Shown here piece after piece: positions 17,111 to 22,615 of a stretch of DNA of 22,615 nt. Location of the stretch: the NCBI GenBank assembly GCA_038248345.1, contig JBBRXO010000043.1, positions 1 to 22,615 on the forward strand. Direction: 5' to 3'. This DNA comes from Armatimonadota bacterium. GTDB lineage: Bacteria; Armatimonadota; Hebobacteria; CAIYQO01. A program made the position numbers and the translations under genes. The stretch's first letter is position 1; each line of letters opens with the position of its first letter. A model generated the notes under the pieces. That model was not told the origin of the DNA, ran no database searches, and was given only the letters and a program-made list of their open reading frames with translations.

Positions 17111-17326
17111 ATGCAAATTACGACTATAGAAATAATATTGAATGGCGCACCTCATACAATAACCGCAGCGGAAACAATTGCAGATTTACTGCGAGAGTTG
17201 AATATCCCTAACTCCGGTACCGCAGTGGCCTGCAATGATACGGTGATACGCAAAGCGTTGTATGTGGAGACGATATTGCAAGCTGGCGACCGCGTTGAGA
17301 TAATCCGCGCGGTGGCGGGAGGGTAG
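17111..17326 (+). CDS. thiS: Sulfur carrier protein ThiS
   Basis: Ubiquitin-like, I.LNG...AVA.N...L..GDRVEIIRAVAGG with C-terminal GG; thiG nearby. Confidence 0.92.
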   Translation: MQITTIEIILNGAPHTITAAETIADLLRELNIPNSGTAVACNDTVIRKALYVETILQAGDRVEIIRAVAGG

Positions 17327-17331
17327 CATGA
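17289..17331 (+). repeat. Direct repeat copy 1 (thiS 3' end + SD + ATG)
   Basis: accgcgttgagataatccgcgcggtggcgggagggtagcatga; 39/43 identical to 18172-18214. Confidence 0.95.
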
Positions 17332-18172
17332 ATATTGAAGTAATCCAGAAAATGCAAGATCAGTTTGATGAAATTGCGCAGATACTTCCTGAAGATGGGA
17401 TCGAGTTCTGGTTTGCGCGTGATTTGCAGGAGCCGCTCGGCTATGCACGATGGGAGAACTTCACCACAGCAATTCAACGTGCCATATCATCATGTGAAAC
17501 GACGGGTAATGTTATCTCGGATCATTTTCGTGGCGTCACGAAAATGATACCCATTGGTAAGGGTGGACAACGAGAAGTAGACGATTTCATGCTAACGCGA
17601 TATGCATGTTATCTCATCGCTCAAAATGGTGACCCGCGTAAAGAGCCTATTGCCTTTGCGCAGAGTTACTTTGCACTCCAAACGCGGAAGCAGGAGTTGA
17701 TTGAAGAACGTATGCTCTTGCATGCTCGGCTTGATGCACGAGAGAAACTTCGTATTTCGGAGAAGACGTTATCGCAAAATATCTTTGAAAGAGGAGTGGA
17801 TGACGCAGGATTTGGTAGGATTAGATCAAAAGGTGATGCGGCGTTATTTGGCGGTAATACCACAAAGGCGATGAAAGAGATATTTGGGATAACCCAGTCG
17901 CGGCCACTGGCGGATTTTCTTCCGACATTAACAATTGCGGCAAAGAACTGGCTACCGAGATGACGAATTACAATGTTGAACAGGATGATCTACACGGTGA
18001 ACCGGCAATTACCAGCGAACATGTGCAGAATAATACGAGTGTACGTGATATGCTGGGGCAACGCGGAATCAAGCCAGAGAATTTACCACCAGAAGTGGAC
18101 ATCTCCAAACTTGAGCGTCGCGTGAAAGCTGATGAGAAGCAATTAGAGAAAAAATCGGGCAAATTGCCATAA
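17328..18172 (+). pseudogene. dinD: DNA damage-inducible protein D (DinD/BRO-like), split by a 1-nt deletion near 17948-17949
   Basis: EFWFARDLQ..LGY..WENF, DHFRGVTKMI, LTRYACYLIAQNGDPRK, LADFLPTLTIAAKN; the homologous continuation (L)ATEMTNYNV...ITSEHVQNN..VR..L..RGIKPENLP lies in the -1 frame (ORF 17960-18172). Could also be a sequencing error. Confidence 0.85.
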
Positions 18173-18214
18173 CCGCGTTGAACTAATCCGCGCGGTGGCG
18201 GGAGGTTAGTATGA
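18172..18214 (+). repeat. Direct repeat copy 2 (orphan thiS tail encoding RVELIRAVAGG*)
   Basis: accgcgttgaactaatccgcgcggtggcgggaggttagtatga; begins on the last base of the dinD stop codon. Confidence 0.95.
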
Positions 18215-18549
18215 TTAAACATGAGAATATCACTACGGCATTTGAATTGCCGGGCGTGAAGGTGAAGCGATCGCTGGGCATTGTACGCGGTATTACCGTT
18301 CGTTCGCGTAGCATACTCGGTAATATTGCCGGCGGTTTGCAGTCGATTCTCGGCGGCAACATCACCATCTACACCGAGCTATGCGAACATGCGCGTATCG
18401 AGGCGTTCGAGATCATGGTGCAACATGCCGATGCTCTCGGCGCCAATGCCATTATCGGCATGCGCTACGATGCCAACGAACTGATGCAGGGATTGACGGA
18501 AGTGCTGGCATATGGCACGGCGGTAGTCGTGGAAACGGATATAAAATAA
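18211..18549 (+). CDS. YbjQ/UPF0145 family protein
   Basis: [12 protein letters not shown]...GG.I..YTELCE.AR..A...M...[13 protein letters not shown]...[11 protein letters not shown]. Confidence 0.93.
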   Translation: MIKHENITTAFELPGVKVKRSLGIVRGITVRSRSILGNIAGGLQSILGGNITIYTELCEHARIEAFEIMVQHADALGANAIIGMRYDANELMQGLTEVLAYGTAVVVETDIK

Positions 18550-18584
18550 GCTTCGCTACGGGTGAGGCTGGCAGGAGAAAAGCA

Positions 18585-19367
18585 ATGAGTGGAACATGGA
18601 AAATTGGCGAGCAGGTCTTTACCTCTCGTTTGCTGGTGGGGTCGGCCAAATATCCGACGCCGGAGATAATGGAACAGGCGATTACCGCCAGTGGGGCGGA
18701 GATTGTTACAGTGGCAATTCGCCGCGTGAAGCTGGATGAACCTAGTGGGATCAATCTGCTGGCATTTCTGCGTGAGAAGAAGCTGACCATTATGCCGAAT
18801 ACCGCTGGTTGCTACACCGTGAAGGATGCTGTTCTCACCGCGCAACTGGCGCGTGAGGCACTGGAGACCAACCTGGTGAAGTTGGAGGTCATCGGAGATG
18901 AGAAGACCTTGTTCCCCGACAACGAAGGCTTATTGATCGCCGCGAAAGAGCTGGTGAATGACGGCTTCATCGTCATGCCATATTGCATTGATGACCCCAT
19001 CGTCTGCCGCAAATTGGAAGATATGGGCTGTGCCGCGGTAATGCCGCTGGCCGCCCCCATCGGCAGCGGGCTGGGCGTGCGCAACCCGTACAATATTCGC
19101 ATCATCGTCGAGAATGCGCACGTCCCCGTGTTGCTGGATGCCGGCGTCGGCACCGCCAGCGACGCGGCCTTCGCGATGGAACTGGGCGTGCATGCCTTGC
19201 TGATGCAGACCGCCATCGCCCAGGCAGGTGACGCAGTGAAAATGGCCAACGCCATGCGCATGGCTACCGATGCAGGTAGACTGGCTTTCGAAGCAGGCCG
19301 CATCCCCAAGAAACTCTACGCTAGTGCCAGTAGCCCGATAACTGATCTGATTAACGTGGGCGGATGA
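18585..19367 (+). CDS. thiG: Thiazole synthase
   Basis: [67 protein letters not shown] aggag before ATG 18585. Confidence 0.97.
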   Translation: MSGTWKIGEQVFTSRLLVGSAKYPTPEIMEQAITASGAEIVTVAIRRVKLDEPSGINLLAFLREKKLTIMPNTAGCYTVKDAVLTAQLAREALETNLVKLEVIGDEKTLFPDNEGLLIAAKELVNDGFIVMPYCIDDPIVCRKLEDMGCAAVMPLAAPIGSGLGVRNPYNIRIIVENAHVPVLLDAGVGTASDAAFAMELGVHALLMQTAIAQAGDAVKMANAMRMATDAGRLAFEAGRIPKKLYASASSPITDLINVGG

Positions 19368-19375
19368 GAACAAGG

Positions 19376-19404
19376 TAGATTCCCGGCGTTTAACCGGGAA
19401 TCTA
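19376..19404 (+). terminator. Hairpin after thiG (possible terminator)
   Basis: Perfect 11-bp stem tagattcccgg/ccgggaatcta with a 7-nt loop; lacks a U-tract. Confidence 0.45.
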
Positions 19405-19454
19405 GCTAACGCGGACTTCGCTCGCAACCTAATATCTTAGCTGCCCTGCCAGCA

Positions 19455-19618
19455 ATCGTGGCATGGGCGTCCCGCCCATGAGAACAGGATTGCGATCCTG
19501 TACCACGCGCTAAAGCACGTGGCTATAAGATCAAGCACCCTGAAGGGCGCTATTTTATTATCCGAGAATAACATCCACTATTTGCTCGCTCTCATGGGCG
19601 AGATGCCCATGCCACGAT
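19455..19618. repeat. REPIN-like element: inverted pair of 29-bp palindromic REPs with internal hairpins
   Basis: atcgtggcatgggcgtcccgcccatgaga (19455-19483) versus the reverse complement of 19590-19618, 27/29 identical. Confidence 0.8.
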
Positions 19619-19685
19619 AAATGCATAACGTGAATTGTTCAGAATTTAACTGGTAAGGAACCTACAGACCTAAAGACCTAACCTC

Positions 19686-20282
19686 TTACTCTTCCCACAG
19701 CGCCACTGCTTCACCCAACGGGATGACACGATGGGCGAGGTCGGGATCGAGGAATAGCTGCTCGGATATCGTTTCATACCAGCACCAGCGCGGCCAGTCG
19801 GGAGCGCAGCCAAGTTCATCGAGGATCTCGGTGACGGCATCTTCAGCCGTTATAGCATCCAGCACCAGCGCTCCAAAGAGTTTATCCAGTTGTTCGGGTA
19901 TGAGGATATCCGGGAAGTTAGCCACCAGTTCGCGCTCCAGTGCGAGTAATTTGAAGGGCAGTTGGTCGAGTGCCTTGGCATCGTCGGGGGTGTAGGCGGC
20001 GATAGCCCCGGGTTTACCATCCACCGCTATCCCCATCGCCCAGTCTTTGCCGACGAAGAAGAACGAAAAAGCTACTCCACCATCGGCAGAGATGTCCACT
20101 GCCAAGTCCAGTTGGCGTACCCAGTCAGCCGTTTCGGTCGCCTGGGCGTCGGTCAGCAGGTAGTCATATCCCATCCGTACCAGGTAGCCGTTTCCGGGCT
20201 CCGCTAAAAATTCATACCGAGATTTTAGCGACGCAGCGGGAATATGAAAAAAAAGTGTTCCACATGCATATGATGCGCTCAT
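19686..20282 (-). CDS. Hypothetical acidic protein
   Basis: 198-aa ORF filling the gap, protein-like composition, promoter-like sequence directly upstream; no family recognised. Confidence 0.7.
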   Translation of the reverse strand: MSASYACGTLFFHIPAASLKSRYEFLAEPGNGYLVRMGYDYLLTDAQATETADWVRQLDLAVDISADGGVAFSFFFVGKDWAMGIAVDGKPGAIAAYTPDDAKALDQLPFKLLALERELVANFPDILIPEQLDKLFGALVLDAITAEDAVTEILDELGCAPDWPRWCWYETISEQLFLDPDLAHRVIPLGEAVALWEE

Positions 20283-20288
20283 ATGCGA

Positions 20289-20317
20289 ACTTTAACGGGC
20301 AAATGGCATTGCGTCAA
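20289..20317 (-). promoter_or_regulatory. Putative sigma70 promoter, probably leaderless
   Basis: TTGACG-N17-TAAAGT, then 6 nt to ATG 20282; no SD. Confidence 0.5.
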
Positions 20318-20434
20318 TACCTGCGCAGAAATATTTGCGAATAAATTGCAGGAATAGCTAAAGCGTTAGCGAAATAATATACATCAGATTGGCTGCGACA
20401 GAGATTGATTGCGACCAGCGAGAAGGAGAAACGT

Positions 20435-21181
20435 ATGAGTGTTGTAGGAATTATCCCCGCACGTTATGCGTCAACCAGGTTCCCCGGGAAGCCACTGGCG
20501 ATGTTGGCCGGGCGGACAATGATTCAGCACGTCTATGAACGTGCCTGCCGTGCGACTTCCTTGGAAGAGGTACTGGTGGCGACGGATGATCAGCGGATAT
20601 TTGAGGCGGTACATGCCTTCGGCGGTGAGGTTATTATGACGGATAGCAGTCATGAAACGGGCACCGATCGACTAGCGGAAGTCGCGGCAAAATTATCCGC
20701 GGCGCACATAATTGTCAATATCCAGGGTGATGAGCCGCTCATCAATCCGACGGCAATCGACGCGGTAGTAGCTCCATTGCTGGAGAATAAAGAGATATCC
20801 ATGAGTAGCGTGATGGCTCCGTTGCCGGATTTTGTCGGTGCCTGGGACAGCAACATCGTGAAGGTAGTGGCTGACCGGAATGGCTTCGCCATGTACTTTT
20901 CCCGTGCGCCCATCCCCAGTCCACGTGAAGCACTGACAGGAGACGGCCCGTGGTTCAAGCACATCGGGCTATACGCTTATCAGCGCGACTTCCTGCTCGC
21001 ATTCACCAAATTAGCCCCAACACCATGTGAATTGATTGAAAAATTGGAGCAGCTACGTGCGCTCGAGCATGGCTATCGTATCAAAATGGTCCTGCGTCCA
21101 GAGGACACCTCCATCGGCGTGGATACCCAAGAAGATCTGGACAAAGTACGCGCGATTCTGGAAGGCAAACTGGGAGAATAA
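20435..21181 (+). CDS. kdsB: 3-deoxy-manno-octulosonate cytidylyltransferase
   Basis: IIPARYASTRFPGKPLA, VATDD, HETGTDR, VNIQGDEP, YFSRAPIP, KHIGLYAY, EKLEQLRALE, GVDT; SD aaggag before ATG 20435. Confidence 0.96.
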   Translation: MSVVGIIPARYASTRFPGKPLAMLAGRTMIQHVYERACRATSLEEVLVATDDQRIFEAVHAFGGEVIMTDSSHETGTDRLAEVAAKLSAAHIIVNIQGDEPLINPTAIDAVVAPLLENKEISMSSVMAPLPDFVGAWDSNIVKVVADRNGFAMYFSRAPIPSPREALTGDGPWFKHIGLYAYQRDFLLAFTKLAPTPCELIEKLEQLRALEHGYRIKMVLRPEDTSIGVDTQEDLDKVRAILEGKLGE

Positions 21182-21186
21182 GGAAA

Positions 21187-21297
21187 ACCTAAGCCCCATC
21201 CCCTACCCTGCAAGGGAAGGGGTGCTGATCCAATAAAATAAATTAAAGAACGACCTTTCTCCCCCTTCCCTCGCTGGGAAGGGGGCGTGGGTTAGGT
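21187..21297. repeat. Inverted pair of 36-bp REP-like elements between kdsB and kdsA
   Basis: 21187-21222 versus the reverse complement of 21262-21297, 29/36 identical; each holds a cccct(t/a)ccc...gggaagggg hairpin; AT-rich spacer. Confidence 0.75.
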
Positions 21298-21308
21298 GAA
21301 AGGCATAA

Positions 21309-22130
21309 ATGCATACCGTAACAGTAAAAGATATTAAAATCGGCCAGGGGCAACCCCTGGCGCTCATCGCCGGCCCGTGTGTGCTGGAGAGTCGGGACAT
21401 GGCTTTCCGCATCGCCGAGTACGTGTGTAAACTGACCGCCGAGTTGGGCATCCCCTATATCTTCAAGGGGTCGTTTGACAAAGCTAACCGTACTTCCGTC
21501 ACAGCCTTTCGCGGGCCGGGACTGGAGGGTGGGCTGGAGATTCTGGCCGCCGTGCGGGCGGAGTTCGGTGTGCCGGTCTGTACCGACTTCCACGAAGCGC
21601 ACCAGGCGCCATTGATCGCCGAGGTGGTGGATCTGTTGCAGATGCCCGCCTTTCTCTGCCGGCAGACGGATATGCTCGTCGCTGCCGCCGCCACTGGCAA
21701 GCCGACCACGGTGAAGAAGGGGCAGTTCCTCTCCCCGTGGGATATGAGCAACGTGGTGGGCAAGTACACCGCCAATGGCAGCCATCAGCTGATGCTGGCG
21801 GAGCGCGGGGCCTCCTTCGGCTATAATAATCTGGTCGTGGATATGCGCTCGTTGGCGGTTATGCGCGGCTTCGGTTACCCGCTGGTCTTTGATGCTACCC
21901 ACAGCGCACAACTGCCGGGCGGCACCGGTTCGGCCACGGCGGGGATGCGTGAATTCATTCCGGCATTAGTACGCGGTGCAGTGGCGGTAGGAGTGGATGC
22001 GCTCTTTATGGAAGTCCACCCGGAGCCGGAAAAAGGGTTGAGCGACGCCACCACCATGTGGCCACTTGATCAATTGCGTGGGGTGCTGGAATCAGCATTG
22101 CGTATTGATGCAGTGGGGGGCCGGAGATAA
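21309..22130 (+). CDS. kdsA: 3-deoxy-8-phosphooctulonate (KDO8P) synthase
   Basis: IAGPCVLES, FKGSFDKANRTS, PAFLCRQTD, KKGQFLSP, ERGASFGYNNLVVD, FDATHS, FMEVHP.P....SD. Confidence 0.97.
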   Translation: MHTVTVKDIKIGQGQPLALIAGPCVLESRDMAFRIAEYVCKLTAELGIPYIFKGSFDKANRTSVTAFRGPGLEGGLEILAAVRAEFGVPVCTDFHEAHQAPLIAEVVDLLQMPAFLCRQTDMLVAAAATGKPTTVKKGQFLSPWDMSNVVGKYTANGSHQLMLAERGASFGYNNLVVDMRSLAVMRGFGYPLVFDATHSAQLPGGTGSATAGMREFIPALVRGAVAVGVDALFMEVHPEPEKGLSDATTMWPLDQLRGVLESALRIDAVGGRR

Positions 22131-22175
22131 ATTGCTGGGAGCGCACGTCGTAGATCATGAGCTTGTCGAATGGCC

Positions 22176-22259
22176 GGGAAGGGTGCCGGGGGTTAGGTGA
22201 AGCCATGGCTGCAGGTCCTATCAGCCCGAAGGGCTACAACATGCTAGCCCTCCGGGCTA
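22176..22259. repeat. Partial REP copy plus two short REP-like hairpins
   Basis: gggaagggtgccgggggttaggtgaa (22176-22201) resembles 21276-21300; agccc-gaa-gggct (22223-22235) and tagccc-tcc-gggcta (22245-22259). Confidence 0.55.
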
Positions 22260-22380
22260 AATTTATTGCCATCATTTCCCCTGGACGGTGCCTAGGACAA
22301 ACTAAAGAGAGGTTTTGCATTTATCTCATATTTTTAAAAATATTCCATTGTCAGCAGGGATAGTAGTCATTGACGTAGAA

Positions 22381-22389
22381 TGTTATAAT
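22381..22389 (+). promoter_or_regulatory. Extended -10 promoter candidate for ppdK
   Basis: TGTTATAAT (TGn-TATAAT) about 115 nt upstream of the start codon. Confidence 0.45.
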
Positions 22390-22502
22390 GTAGAGACCTG
22401 CTGGTATTGCGTCAAATGCAATTGCCGGTAGGCATTTTTCTGTGTGTGACTGGCTGAATCTGCAGAGGATTTGGCGAATTTACGAATTTGTGGAGGAACA
22501 AA

Positions 22503-22615
22503 GTGGCTAAACATGTTTACCTTTTTGCTGAAGGCAAAAAAGAATGGCGCGACCTGCTGGGTGGCAAAGGCGCCAACCTGGCGGAGATGTCCAACATTGG
22601 TTTACCGGTGCCGGA
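22503..22615 (+). CDS. ppdK: Pyruvate phosphate dikinase (N-terminus only, runs off the window)
   Basis: SD ggagg at 22492-22496; GTG start gives [37 protein letters not shown], the classic PPDK N-terminus. Not in the ORF track. Confidence 0.92.
   Translation, partial: MAKHVYLFAEGKKEWRDLLGGKGANLAEMSNIGLPVP

Noticed and set aside
15656..17155. Long antisense ORFs opposite argS (and similar ones opposite plsX, thiG, kdsA and the ATPase)
   Set aside because: Shadow ORFs expected from codon bias in GC-rich genes; no motifs or initiation signals.
17935..17963. Programmed -1 frameshift at GCA AAG in dinD
   Set aside because: No heptameric slippery site or obvious stimulatory hairpin. The family Asn stays in frame 0, which fits a deletion after AAC better than slippage at AAG.
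18381..18584. 68-aa N-terminal extension of ThiG in the ORF track
   Set aside because: Overlaps ybjQ in another frame; a good SD precedes ATG 18585, where ThiG homology begins.
18550..18587. Possible third thiS-tail repeat before thiG (ggctggcaggag...atg)
   Set aside because: Similarity is limited to the SD-like purines and does not encode AVAGG*.
19660..19684. Short imperfect tandem acctacag-acctaaag-acctaa-cct
   Set aside because: Too short and degenerate to distinguish from chance.
19368..19685. CRISPR array or tRNA in the palindrome-rich gap
   Set aside because: Repeats are inverted, not regularly spaced direct repeats with spacers; no cloverleaf or T-loop motif; no cas genes.
22157..22363. 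68-aa ORF between kdsA and ppdK
   Set aside because: Runs through REP-like repeats and an AT-rich promoter region; no SD or protein-like features.

Overview
Bacterial chromosomal window, mostly housekeeping genes. The host is probably a diderm Terrabacteria member such as Armatimonadota (inference from Kdo/LPS genes, DUF3084 with a cyanobacterial-type YqgF, a GAAC/GTAC-type SOS box and leaderless promoters). Gene order: partial HEAT-repeat gene; a truncated sugar-phosphate isomerase remnant; yceD-rpmF-plsX-fabH-recR; nitroreductase (-); rsmE; a 1186-aa DUF6079/BrxC-like P-loop ATPase (-); YqgF-like, DUF3084, degenerate amidohydrolase and rlmD (all -); a CBS-DUF1385 fusion; argS; thiS-[dinD, frameshifted]-ybjQ-thiG; an acidic hypothetical gene (-); kdsB; kdsA; the start of ppdK. 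Most interesting: (1) dinD sits start-to-stop between two 43-bp direct repeats of the thiS 3' end plus SD and ATG, like a promoterless cassette captured at thiS; (2) the BREX-like ATPase has no BREX partners and a LexA-type box lies directly before its start codon; (3) both class I signature motifs of ArgS are deviant; (4) several families of REP/REPIN-like palindromes occupy intergenic gaps. No rRNA, tRNA, CRISPR array, transposase or integrase was recognised. All family calls come from motif recognition by eye, not database searches.
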